DNA from: Catajapyx aquilonaris
Lineage: Eukaryota
NCBI GenBank assembly: GCA_000934665.2
Contig: KZ538251.1
Coordinates: forward strand, 1-64,000
Direction: 5' to 3'
Length of the DNA: 64,000 nucleotides
A program made the position numbers and the translations under genes. Below, one piece after another: positions 1-12,462 of the stretch (the stretch's first letter is position 1; every line of letters begins with the position of its first letter). Under the pieces are notes generated by a model. That model worked only from the letters and a program-made list of their open reading frames with translations, did not search any database and had not been told where the DNA came from.

Positions 1-320
1 CAGATTTATTCTGGTGTTTGTTTGACAAGCTCTACCAGCACACCAAATTTCAGCATCCTAGGACCTCTGGAAGTTCCATATAATTTTGATGATCAGTGAG
101 TGAGTGAGTGAGTGAGTGAGTGAGTGAGTGAGTGAGTGAGTCAGTGTCATATTTTGTCCGTTTTGGGAGTTTTTAGGATTTTTTAAGTCGGAAATGAAAA
201 GAGATATGAACATGGAAGTAAAGGGGTATTATTTGTAATCGATTTTCATCTACCCAAATAAAAATTTTGAAGCCACGTATGTTCACCAGTGCGAAGATTC
301 GAGGGGGTGAAAATGACGTG
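1..320. mobile_element. Probable fragment of a microsatellite-carrying non-autonomous Helitron/Helentron-like (DINE-1/HINE-style) repeat, truncated by the window edge
   Basis: CCAAATTTCAGCATCCTAGG motif near 44-62 followed about 30 bp later by an (AGTG)n array. This layout resembles insect HINE/Lep1-type elements as I recall them. Termini not identified; the right boundary is a guess. Confidence 0.35.
95..141. repeat. (AGTG)n tetranucleotide microsatellite, about 11-12 units
   Basis: Directly visible uninterrupted agtgagtg... run. Confidence 0.97.
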
Positions 321-514
321 AGTTGTGTCGGGTAAAGGTGGTCCGGCAGTGCGGCGAGAACTTGGCGGGGGCACTGCCGTGCCCCCTAATAAAGGAAGTG
401 AAGGTCCGATTGCTCTACGATGCGTGGTTATTGCCCACGAGGCAAGGACCCCGCCGAAAGTTGGAGTCAAATAGTGACGTCACGTCCTCCCGCGAAATTC
501 AAACACTACCGTAC

Positions 515-547
515 GCGTTGCCAGGCGTTGCCAAGCGTTGCCAAGCG
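515..547. repeat. 10-bp tandem repeat GCGTTGCCAR x3.3
   Basis: gcgttgccag gcgttgccaa gcgttgccaa gcg. Confidence 0.85.
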
Positions 548-952
548 CTGTCTTGCCGCCTTACCCCACATTCCCACCCAAAACTCTTGATTCTTAGGCC
601 CGCCGCAAATGAGGAAATGTGGGAGGGAGGCAACTTGCACGCACTTATCCAAGTATTCATGTTGTCCGCTAGAGGGTACAAGTGTCGTGGCCCAACCCAG
701 CCCATGCCAGCACGCCCAGATCGGCTCCAAATTTCTTGGCTGCAAGAAATCTGCACGCGCACATTGCCCAAGGAGAGCGCATGCGCATAGTGGTTTTTTT
801 TAACAGTCCGTATATTCTTCTTCTAAGCAGTGAAACCAGTAGAAATGACATCATTGCACCAGGAAGTATTTTGATACGGAAAAATGTTGGTGGTGCAAAA
901 TTGAACGGATGAGGGGGAAACTTTGCACATGGTTTGGTAATGTAGCCCTATA

Positions 953-1164
953 CAGGGTGTCTAAACTATTTTGTCCGAACAATATTATCGGAATTATTGC
1001 ACTAAGCTGCTTATTTTTTAGCAGTGACTTGCAACCAGTGATGCTTCCCTGGCTTTATCAGTTGAGGGGTGTGCCAGGAATGTTGGGGCATATTCTGGCA
1101 ACATAGCTAGAAGATACATAGGCTTTTCCGATAACTGTTCGGACAAAAAAGTTGAGACACCCTG
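953..1164. mobile_element. Tc1/mariner-type MITE, 212 bp, about 40-bp TIRs, TA target-site duplication
   Basis: Left TA|CAGGGTGTCTAAACTATTTTGTCCGAACAATATTATCGGAA; reverse complement of right end TA|CAGGGTGTCTCAACTTTTTTGTCCGAACAGTTATCGGAA; TA at 951-952 and 1165-1166; no coding capacity. Confidence 0.88.
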
Positions 1165-4100
1165 TATGTTTGCAAGTGATGACTTTAAAAATTTGAGTAT
1201 GTGGGAAGTGCCGTGAATATGTTGAGCAATGAGAAAAAAATACTTTGGTGGCGTATGCATGATAAATAACTCGATACTATGAAAAAACCTTCAAACTTGT
1301 TGCAAAGTTGCCCCGTTTTACGTATACCAGGGTGCTCCAAGTTCGTGGGACCTTTCATAATAGTGTAGTTATTGTTATATAGGTTTCGCTCAAAGTTGGT
1401 TACTTTTTGTAGCTTGTTGTGCCCCGAATCAGTTGCCCTATTCGGCTATAGCCACTGCTACATTCTACCACCTGATAGTATACTGAGGCACCTGGATAGG
1501 GGCACAACCTGCACAAAAATAGCTACTTCGGGCGATATTAGTGATGACTAGAAACGATCCACCGCTGGGACCCACTTAAACGCAAAAGGTGACTTGAGAC
1601 TGCGGGTATTGACTTTCCCCGAAATGAGTGTCCCTCTGGGTGATCATGACCTACCTGTTCAAGGATTGGTTTGGGAGCCTGTTCCTAACGAAAGCGAGGA
1701 CTTCGTGGAGGTTCTGGACTCGAACAGTACCTCAACACTGTGACTTCGGCATAACAATTTGCATTGTTTGGTTACTCAGGACGATGGTAAAAATGGTATT
1801 GGCTAGAGGCGAGGGGGAGGTTGAGGGGAGGGCTGGTAGTTGAGGAGGGGGAGAGGGAAAGAAATGGTACAACCGAGAATCTTTGCCTTTTACTTGCCCT
1901 AACCCAGAATAATTCGGACACCTTGAAATTGTAGCTGCTCGATTTGCGGAGAGGAGTCCCAAGCTCATTAAACGACATCCAGGGTGCCGGAGATGTGCCC
2001 ACCGAAAAGGGTGGAAATGTTGGCCCACGAGCACACTAAATATGGAACCTCTAGTAATCTAGGATAATTCGCGTATTTTCTACAAGGCATTTAAAATGCT
2101 TCACAATGTACAGAATAATTCGGCCATAATTATAGAGCTCGCTGTGCCATAATAAATCTGCCACAGCAGGTGAGCAGGTAGTAGGCCTACTGTATTTATT
2201 ACAAAGTGTAACAAAATTGTCCCAAAACAATATTAATACTTTGTGACCCCAGGGCGGCATACTCTGATGTAATTTAGCTACATTTTTTGTTTAAGTGGCC
2301 GCTACTCCTCCACCATTCCCTGCTGAATATCTGCTAACTCTTCAATGTACAGATATTGTCTGGTTACAGTGCAAGAGGCAACCTTGCAAAATTTGTCATC
2401 TCTTGCACAGTAACCATTATCACGCTCGTACCTGTTCCCTCAGAGGCAAACTGCAAACATGGGCTGTCCTGCCTGCCTTTGGTTGCAATGTAGGTTGTCG
2501 CGTTTGTCTAGGGGAAGGCAAATGTGTTTGATAGTCTACCTTGCTACCAGTTGGTCCCTCGACATTTCTCACTCTTACATTTTAGACTTGCTTCATGTCA
2601 ACGAGTACGCTGGCGGCAGGATCTTCGACATCTAAGGTACACCCTGCATAATGGTTTTCTGCCTTTGACCAGACTGGAGCAAGGGAGGAGATGTGGCGGG
2701 TGCTTGAAAGGCAGTGAGGGGGAGGGGAAGTGAGGAACATATCTGTTCAACAGGGAGCCAAAGGTAAGCTAGCAAGAAATGGGATCTAATTATGCTATTT
2801 CATGGACTTGTCATTTATACTCATGCATATACTTTACACGGTAAAATAAATTGCTATAACTGAGAAATCAGCTCTTGCATGACTTATTGTCGTCATGAGC
2901 GTAAGGAACATTTTCATATTAATTTATAAGTCCTCGCAAAATTATCCGGTTTGTCCCTAATGAGCTTAAAACTCCATCCTCTGACGACCGACGCATAATT
3001 ATTTTGACACCAATGCAAATTAGGGCCTACAATGAACCTGATACGTACAAAATAAAATTATACTCCCTGTACATGAACTAGTTAGCGATATGCGACATTT
3101 CTCCAGGTTTATGCCTTTGCTCTTTGTATGTTTTTATTTTCATATTAACTGCTGACATGTATACACACATCAGGATGACTGGGACAATTCTTTTTGAACT
3201 GAAGAATACAGTATCTACCAATCACCATAACATTATAATAATCATACATGTGCGAATCTTCCTTGAGGGCCACTTGGCACGAAAACAGGCTAATTGCGGA
3301 TAAAAATAAACCCTGTTTCTATGGAATGACTGTAATGCTAATAGGCCTAATGTATTATGCACGCCACAGTAAAAATTAAACTGATATTTTATGCACTCAT
3401 CTGAAAAGGAATCGCTAATTCTAAAATGAGTATTGCTCTAGCACCAACCCTAAGGTCCCCCAGGGTAGCCTGGGGTGCACCCACAGCAAATTTCCTCGGT
3501 CGACCCTCGACCGGTCCCCCTGCAAGTCACGCTGGATAGCTTTGGTGCTCCAGAACCACCAGAACTAGTGGTGCTAACATCTACTCGAAATTTCCGTCCC
3601 CTACCGAGCTCGTGAGATATGTTCAGCCATCCCCCATGGGCCATCAAGTCCATTTGCTTCCTTGACGGTTCAGGAACCACAAAAGACACCTTCTTTTAGG
3701 AATTTCAAATAACTATTTCCGGGCAGTGAGATCGGTCAAAGGTCACGGGGTTGAGGTTTTTACCACCATAATTCTCGACCATTTGACAGCATTTGAGAGT
3801 CCAACTATAACTTGTTCACTCTTACGTATATCCTGCAAGTGCCACTACCTGCGGCTCACATGTTCCGCATGTTGTGGCCCTCACAGGATATACCAGACAA
3901 CTTGTGTCCGCCCATCCGCATTCAAAGTTTCCACAGTAATTCCCAGCTGTCATAGTTACTCTCCGCCCAAGTCGATCTAATAACTAATCTAGTAAGTAAC
4001 CCAGCCCACACTTGTCACTAATAGTATAGCCGAAGCCTAGTACGCAATGAAGTGATTGGCACATCTGAAATGGGGCACGTGCAGAAAAGCCTTCCTTGTA

Positions 4101-6456
4101 GACCTAATGACCTGGGAGAGCTGGGGGAAAAATCCGGCGCTTTTCCACTTCGCAACGGGATGGAAATCCCATCCGTTTGATTTGGGTTCACGTCATTAAT
4201 TGCCGAAGAGGGTTTCATAAGTTTCACTCAGCTGAACGCCAAGTCTTCGAGTCCCCCTTCCTCCCCTTACAGGGAGCTCGCCCTTCCCTTCTTAGAGCCG
4301 GGGTTATCACGGCTAGAATCGGGGGGAGGAATGGAGTTCAATCCCCTAGAGAACTAGGAACGTTTTCCCTCACGAAAATGGCCTCATTAAGCCGATCCGT
4401 CATCTCGGTCTTATATTCCTCGATCAAATAGGTTCAAGCGAGCCATTGTTAGCCCCAAGGACGGCTTCTGAACAAGATTTAATAACACAGAATAATAGAC
4501 TCAGCCCAAAGGGAAGAAGGAAGAGTCTTCTTGCGGCTGCCCTGTAGCTTATACACCCCCCCCCCCTCCTTCTCCTCCTTTCCCCTCTTCTTCTCCATCC
4601 CCCAGCACCAGCTAACCTTCAAACCCCTGGACTGATGACGGGGGAATTGGTGACGTTATTACGCTTGGGTTGCATTAAATCCGCCCTGCCGAAAGGTTGT
4701 CATTTTTGGGAGGGTGCTGGAGAAGGAAGCTTTCCCGAAGCTGGCAAACAAGATTGAGATTTCTAGTCAATATCGCGCTCATACCATTATGCGCCTAATC
4801 CCCTATGCATATAAAAGATGAGGGTGGGAAAGAAGTGCTCTTTTTAAACGCTACCCTGGGGATGACGTTGTAGCAGACAACAGAATATGAAAAGAACAGC
4901 CTGACGAGTTGTCTCGCCTGGTGAACCCTTGTGTCATGACAGGAACATGATTTCAGGAGGGAGGGTAGGTTTAATTGGAGGTCTGCTTATTATGTGCAGA
5001 GATGCATTGTTGTCTGCACATACCTTCGTTGTACAGTAGCCTACAAAGTAAAAAACGAGGGTCTGATATGCGTTGTCAGTAGGCAAATTACATATTGTAC
5101 TGTCGAGAGCATAACTTATGATGTATAGTGAGATGTTCCTTATAAATAGGCAAATGTCGAACAGAACTGTCTCGTACACTTACTTTATGTAGGGTGAAAC
5201 ACGTTTTCCTCTACCTTGTAAAGACGGAGCATTACATAATAATACCAGCAAACTTGTAGGGTAAAATCTTCTGTGCCAGAGGATCACTTTCTAGAGGCGG
5301 TTATTTGCCAAGGATGAGACTGGCCCACTTCTTTCGGTGTCAGTCAGCTGTGGTGTGCATTTGACACTCGCTTCTCTGCTGCAGCGTAGCCTATACAATA
5401 GGCGTTTTACTTGGGGTGATAACGACATACCTCTATTCAGCCTTGCTAACTCGGCCGATTGAGTTACAGCTTTACGACAGTGTTCGTAGTATTGGCTCGT
5501 GCTCTGTGTGCAATACCACCACAATCTGGAGGGTCATCAACTGCTAGCAACTGCACCCGTTTCACATATAGAGGAAGGTCAGTTTTGTGCTTTGGTCGTG
5601 GTGCCTCGGCGTGGTGATATTCTCAGGATTCTGGTTACACGTGGTCATTTCCCGTGATTTAAAGTTGTTCAATGTTTTTATAATTACTCTGGCGACCACA
5701 GATGACCATTAAATTTTATGTGAAAATGTTCCATTTACGTCGAGGATCGCGTCACCCATACCAATCACCCGCAGTTTAGACGCGCTCCATGTGTGGTCAG
5801 ATGGAACCCTTCCAGTATGCTGTATGCTACACTACATGACAAATAGCCAATTACCTCGGTAATGAGGCTGCGGAGACCAAGTCACACCTCTAAATAAAGT
5901 GATACTCTGGTCCACAGGACTCGCGCTAGAAATTTGTCAGTGTTATTACGAAACACCCTGTAGAGCAGGTCTACAGCTCTGCTTTGTTTCAAGTAATTTA
6001 TATGTCACTTATTCTACGACTCCTTTCACAAGATCTACTAACAAGTGGTCCCTTGCTCTAGACTTGACTACGATCCATTCCGGCAGCAAGGGCCATCAAA
6101 TTCAATTGGTATGAATTTATTTCCAGCGGTTGAAGTCGGCTCAAAGAAATTCAGAGGTCAATTAGAATCATGTGAAGCACGAATACCGATTTCCACTTCC
6201 GGAGCAGTCATGTTTTCATTCCAGATTTCCCCGAGCCCAGGGTAATACCTGAAAGGTTTTGAAATCCAACTGGATGTATGGAAGTGAAGGTAGCGGTGAA
6301 TGTCATGGAGCCCCCCGAGTTAATTATCTTGTCGGACACAGTGAGGCGGCAGAGAATCCCCGGGTCCTCTTGCGCCCGCGCATTGATACACACACACACT
6401 GAAAGCCGCCATGAGCAATCCTAGGAGTGGGTGGGAGGGGGGGGGGGAACTGCGGC

Positions 6457-6469
6457 NNNNNNNNNNNNN
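6457..6469. other. Assembly gap (N run)
   Basis: Ns just after a poly-G tract. Confidence 0.97.
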
Positions 6470-8534
6470 GGCTCCATTAACACATGGCTCGGTATTGTTC
6501 AATTAACGCCAGTGGGAGCTGACAGAAAAGTCCCGTTTGCTCTCATCCGCTCACAATGGCCGTCAATGGCAGCGGCCTAGAAGCACGGCTTTTCCTCTCT
6601 CCCGCAAAACGCCTTTCTTTCCACATGTGTGCAATTTGCTCTCCCGCCGCCATCAAAGGGAATAATTAGTCCGGCATAAAACGCTTGCCAAGCCAAGCTG
6701 GGTAAATTTGCCAGCAATCGTGCACACCCATCTCATAGTACGTGTGGTAGGAGGGGGGAGTTGCACGCATTCTTTACAGTCACACTTTTTCTATTGCTAG
6801 ATTGCTCTTGCAAACTTTGTACAGTGTCGCTTTTCGCTTGGTTCGCAACCCAACCTTCTAACCACTCTAGTATCGGTGATCATTTGGCGGAAAATGCCGC
6901 AATAGCACTCAGCAGTTTGGAGATGGGAATCAAAGCAGATATTTGAGCTTGTTCAGCGTGATAGGTTGGCAGAAAAGCACAACTCATCAGATACGTGACA
7001 TGCGGTGTCCTTGCCTTCGAAACGACCCGCGATGCCTGTCCCTACCTTGACAAGGCAAATCTGCACTCTAGAAAATGAGAGTAAGCCGCTCGCTTGCCAC
7101 ACCGTTTTCCGGCCTGCCACTGACGTATTCTTTGATTCAAGTAAGCGCAATGTAATAACTTCAGTTACAATTGTCACACGGTATTACGCCTTTAGAAACG
7201 CCCTAGCTTAAGTCTTGGAACCAGTTGGGATCGTTTGCATTAGAGGCGCAGGTTAATTACAAGGAATTATGGATAAGAATGACCCAACAGTCGACCATAA
7301 TTTATTTGTAAATATTACCATCATATTATTACTATACTGGCTATTTTATTACCGAAATCTTCCGGTTTTATGCTACATATCGCCTACTAAATATTTATGA
7401 ATAACATAATTTCACTATTGCGAGGATAATCTGACAGTGTGAGGAAGTGTTATAAGTAGCCTCAAGATGTGTTCCAGAATATTACTCTGTTCTTAGGATG
7501 ATAACATACATTGTATATTTCTTTTTACTGCAGGAAATAGTTTCTCGGGTGAACGACATCAATCACTCAAATGGGAAAAGTTTCGGAAAGGAGATGAAGT
7601 GGGCCATATTAATCTTGGCCTGAGTTTCCGGGTATGAAGATTTAGACAATGAGTATCCGCAATATAGCCAAGTGCCCGTTTCAAACTTTTCCAATACGGC
7701 TAGCTGGTGCTCTTAGAAGATTTCCTGTCTTATTACTACGTCAGTGCACAATTTTGATCATTGAAAAACGCTATTATATGAAGCTCTTAATGTTATTGAA
7801 AAGAGTACTGGAGGTTCGCTCAGTACATTTCCATCGATTATTTTTGAGTCGTGTCCATCTCAGCCCAATGGTATGCCGCTTTCATATTCGCATAATCTAA
7901 TCCGGCAGCATCCTACCAGCCCTCGCTTCAATTAGCAATCATATTTCAACCCCAACCCACAAATATGGAGGGGTAGCTAGCCCCCAAGGTATTGGCTGGA
8001 ATAAGAAGGGAAGATGTAGGGGTAACATCAAGCCATGAACTACCGATGGCAGGCCAGCCCGTCAAGTCATTCATAGCCTGGAAATATGAGGAGCCCCAAG
8101 GCCCCAAGCGAAGAGTATCATCCGTACCACATTGGTGCCTTTTGTTGATGAGTACATCAGACATTCAGTTTCAGTTCAGACGGACTTTGTCTTTGCATGG
8201 TTGTAACGACTAAATGATGCATTCTGTAGATTGCTCAGGCGTTCACACACGAACAAATTATGAAACACCCTGTACAATAATGATCGGTGTTACATTTATC
8301 CTACAAATTATTTCCATTATCTGGGGTACTGATTAGTGTAGAAAGTCATTGAAGACACCCCTTTTCCCCTTTTCCCCCTTGATTGGTGGTGCGGCTGCGG
8401 ACGTGGGGCTGTGCATCACTGACTCATTCAATAATTTGAGGTATAGGAGTTAGGGCAGAGGGGTTGGAATCTCCGCCTTTCCGGGCGTAAAAGAGTTACG
8501 GCAATAATTCAGCTAACACTAATTATGATTCATG

Positions 8535-8615
8535 GGCCCATGCAAAAATACTGTACTTTGTCACAATTATTATGGACCACCCTCGAGTCATTTTTGTATA
8601 GACCTACTTTGTCAT
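8535..8615. mobile_element. Degenerate relative of the palindromic element at 55837-55973
   Basis: Colinear matches: GGCCCATGCA, TCACAATTATTATGGACCA (vs TCAAAATAATATTAGGACGA) and ACCTACTTTGT-CAT (vs ACCTACTTTGTGCAT). Confidence 0.5.
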
Positions 8616-10102
8616 ACGGTACAGTAATGTTTAAAGTTGCCTATAACATGCATCGGTTGTCAATATGAGTGATGTGGAAATATGTGGCCTTCACAGGGTG
8701 CTTCAAAACGATTTGGGAAAGAGTTTATAGTGAACTCAAATATGATTTAACAACTGTTTCTGGGAAGGATGGGAGAGTTAAATACGAATAATTCGCCTTT
8801 GCTCCTTTTCTATGCTGTATACAAAAGGAACACCTGACTATACGGCAGCAATGTTGAGATCGGGTGAAATTTGTGACGGTTTTATCAATTTTTTGGTACC
8901 ACACCATGACCTATCTGTAAATTGGTACCCTACGCAAGGTCGTAAACGAAGCCACGATGGTTCAGCCATCCCTTGACACTAACGGCTCACCTTCTAATTG
9001 CAGTGTATTATTGGTTAATAACGCACTTACGGCTCTTAATGCGGAATTTATTGATTGAAGCTAATCGGTCTGAATCCGCCCCACTGGGTGTGTAGCACGT
9101 GTAAAGTTACATATACGCAAACCTTTTATCTCATCCTAAAGGACTCAGAGTGGAAGGGATTAACTCCAGTATGCTTTATTTGGAGCTTCACTCGGTATTA
9201 GTTTGGGATAACAGGTAGCAATGATATGAGGGGTTATAATCATGAAACTACCGGATAATACTCACCTAGTATTCAGGAGGCTATTGTCTGGGATCCACGG
9301 CGTGAGAAGGGGGGGGGGGGAGGGTGGAAGCATATTATTATGTGCAAACCCTTGTGTCGTGTTATCATGAAGTACCGTGGGAATGATCACTATTGGACAA
9401 AACGCATTGAAAACATTCCCTCTTATTGAATGGGTCGTGGGAAATGATGGGAACGTAGCACAGAACCCAGGCCAATTATTTTTATTGTTAGGTGAACAAT
9501 GACTCTGGCCAGAGCCCTGCACAATCTTGCCCGAATGTATACCCAACAAGTTACTATGTAATAGGATAATAATTTATTCTTCAAAGCAGGATTTTGTGAG
9601 AGTTTTTGATGCTATAGTGGAAAGATGGTATTCCAAATGCGTCCAGTAATATTGTTAATTCACAGTCAGTTCTCACAGATAGCCGTTAAAGGCAAATTAT
9701 TATGGGCCATTAGCAACTACTTTTTATGATTGTTGGTAATGATGTATGTAAGTTTATGGCCATTGCGCTTGGACAAAATCCGGGTTGAATTGGATTCGGA
9801 TTATTTGCCAGCGGGCGAGGCACAGTGCCAGAATCTTCACTCATTACGAGGTGCAGGCCTATTGAATATTGCACCAAAATTAAACATGAATGTGCAAGAG
9901 TCCCTGACTTTCACGCAGTTTATCATCGGCAAATAAGACTAACCAGGGACTCTCTCGGCATCAGCTCGTTATATTGGACTTTTCTCAAGTTTAACATAAG
10001 TTAACCGATTTGTTGCTGTCGAAAGTTACGCTGTATGTTGAAAACAGACAATATACTATAGGCTACATTTTATATTAGACTGGATATACAGCCCGTAAAG
10101 TA

Positions 10103-10504
10103 GTTTTGGCAATAAATGTAAAATAATGAAGCACTTTTGAGCAGTTACTTTTTGTGCCTAAAAGATTCAACTTCTAACTTAGGTTAAATGGAAGTCTCCT
10201 TTCAATTCCTGTATTTCGATACCTTCTTTATTGGGATCCACATTGAAACAACCGGAGATCAATAAGCTACTGAATCCCTATATTTTAGCAGGTTATTTCC
10301 CCCTCGTGCAGCAGCCATCAAAATTACTTCCAGACATCTTATAATACTTTTGCACAACTACTTAATAATAAGCTACTGTTTTCCCAAAATTTCGCCTCAA
10401 TTATAACACTCGGAATGTTTCATAGCATTTTAAGGACAGATTGAATGCCTCTATTCAACCTAACTGGAAGTAACTGCTCGTAATAAGAAGATTATTGCCA
10501 AAAT
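10103..10504. mobile_element. Old, decayed inverted-repeat (MITE-like) element
   Basis: Three inverted blocks in mirrored order: TTTTGGCAATAA/TTATTGCCAAAA, GAGCAGTTACTT/AAGTAACTGCTC, TTAGGTTAAATGGAAG/CCTCTATTCAACCTAA; true ends and TSD not resolved. Confidence 0.5.
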
Positions 10505-11628
10505 CAATAGTCTCTAAGGACATTTCAGTTGAAACACGATGTTATATCAAAAAATCGACATGTTATTATTGGCACAATTTTCCCGGATAGTTCATTTCAT
10601 ATGCATGACTCCCATTCCCAGCACTTTGCCCTTGGATCTGGGCCCAGTTTCACCTGATTCTGTCAGCTTCGTCATTTGGTAATAGTCGCGGATAGAAAAA
10701 TTAATTACGCTGTATAAACACTATAATTAGATCGCCAATCGATGAAGACTCCTTACTGCGCTCTGGCCCACTTTTTCGACACAAGAATTACCCATACTTG
10801 AAGAGAGCAACATTTTCGAGATTACCCCAACCAGAAACCCAATTGGATTAGGCTCCGATATGAAGTATAAGTAACATTGCTTGATCTAATTACACCACAC
10901 GCACCTGATAATGAGGTCCCAAACCGCAGCGACAGAGTGTGTTCAACCTTTTTTCCTATACCAACGCACTTTCTTCAAAGGAAACGTCTGAATAATACGC
11001 CGGCCATTAGAGTAAATAATCTAATTACTTGTCACAATTTTACGCACCAAGAGCTCTTCATCATCGCTTTCCAAGAGCGTCACACATAAAGCAAGCGGGA
11101 AATTAAAATGTGGAGAGTGCGAGCACGGCCTACACATTAGAGGTTTATTCAATTTTGTAGGAGGGGAATATAGTGGGGAGAGGATGGGGAGAAAAGGGGA
11201 AGATTCCTAGAGGAGGCGAGCTGAATTCCTGACTCAAGAACAAAGCTGTCCTATGGTGCGGTGAACACTTCACTTCCGATGTCAAAATACCCACAATAAT
11301 AGAAGTGAACAGTTTGTGAAGACGGTAACTGGCTTGAAGTGGTTTTCATGATTCGCGACGATGGGGGGTGGAAAACTTTTTAAAAAATGGGATAAAAATG
11401 GCCAAATTCCGCTTTTGGGTTTGGGATTATATCGCTGTGTGAATGACGATGCTGAAGTGTTTTGCTTTCGCCAAGTATTCTCGTGTCGCGACCTCTTAGC
11501 TATATTTTGCATCTTGGGGCTTGTTTGAATATAGGACTGCCAACAGTGAACTGAGAGGGCGAATTGTACTTGACTTTGCTATTTTGCTGAATACTGTATG
11601 GGGAATAGATTTAAAAACACTACAACAC

Positions 11629-11737
11629 TGTACTATATCGCTCAAAAACATAGAGACGATTTTGCATTTGATTCAAGTGCAGGCTGCACCTAAGTCAAAT
11701 GCAAAATAGTCTCTATGTTTTTGAGCGATATAGTACA
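11629..11737. mobile_element. Fold-back (palindromic) MITE-like element, 54-bp arms, 1-nt centre at 11683, TA-bounded
   Basis: tgTA|CTATATCGCTCAAAAACATAGAGAC...GTGCAG-G-CTGCAC...GTCTCTATGTTTTTGAGCGATATAG|TAca; few mismatches and no indels between arms. Confidence 0.85.
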
Positions 11738-12214
11738 TAGCCTTGGGAGGATATGGACTAACAGACAGTAATATAACTTTCCCAATAATTTTTTTCCTGC
11801 ATTTCTCGATGAGCTTCATTAAAAAGATACGCAGTCTTAATTGTAGAAAGACAGATAATCACCTAAATATTAGTTCCTGGGTTTTCCAATCTTCTCTGAT
11901 GGCATCCGGATGATGTGTATAGTTGTTGTCCAAAAGCTTTTATCTGGGTCATGCTATAGAAATTTCAGTAGACTTTGCCTACTTTTTAATCAGAGACGTA
12001 AATTACAAACTCAGTCTATTGTGCAAGAACATGGTGGTTTCTTCCGTTCTCTGACATCGGGTTTCCGGCTATGTATAGAAGAAAAAAGTAAGGCTGGTGG
12101 TGGTGTTCCAACTTTCCTTAATAGGTAATTCCAGAAGGTGACTGATACTACGTATTATAGAAAAAACGCCCTTGTTAATTATTGGTTGGCCTAGTTCAAT
12201 GCGGATTTAAATTG

Positions 12215-12462
12215 ATTCGCGAATTGCTACATTCAGGTGAAACAAAATGAATGTAATGTGACTATGTGAGATAGTGAATATACTAAAAATTGGTGCGAAT
12301 GCAATTGAATGGAAATTAGTGAGAAGCGAATAAGTGGTACGAATATAGGAAATAGATAATTGGAAGGTAGTGCACCATTGAGTGGCGAATTGAATTTATT
12401 TGAACGGTGAATTGAATGGAAGCGAATTGTGATAGATTGACGTCGAATAGAAATGAATGGAT
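12215..12462 (+). repeat. Degenerate array of (GC/TT/GT)GAAT(TG/GG) motifs
   Basis: About a dozen irregularly spaced GAAT-centred words (gcgaattg at about 12219, 12386 and 12422; ttgaatgg at about 12305 and 12412), all on one strand. Confidence 0.55.

Noticed and set aside
323..790. 155-aa ORF
   Set aside because: Non-ATG start, includes the 10-bp tandem repeat, several overlapping ORFs on both strands, no family resemblance
1318..1340. TTACGTATAC resembling the start of miR-iab-8; similar partial likenesses to miR-219 (about 15266), miR-283 (about 28148) and miR-305 (about 45676)
   Set aside because: Only about 10-nt or gapped matches to recalled sequences and no supporting hairpin seen; expected by chance
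1327..1495. Possible MITE with CCAGGGTGC...GCACCTGG ends
   Set aside because: Inverted match too short and gapped, and no clear TSD
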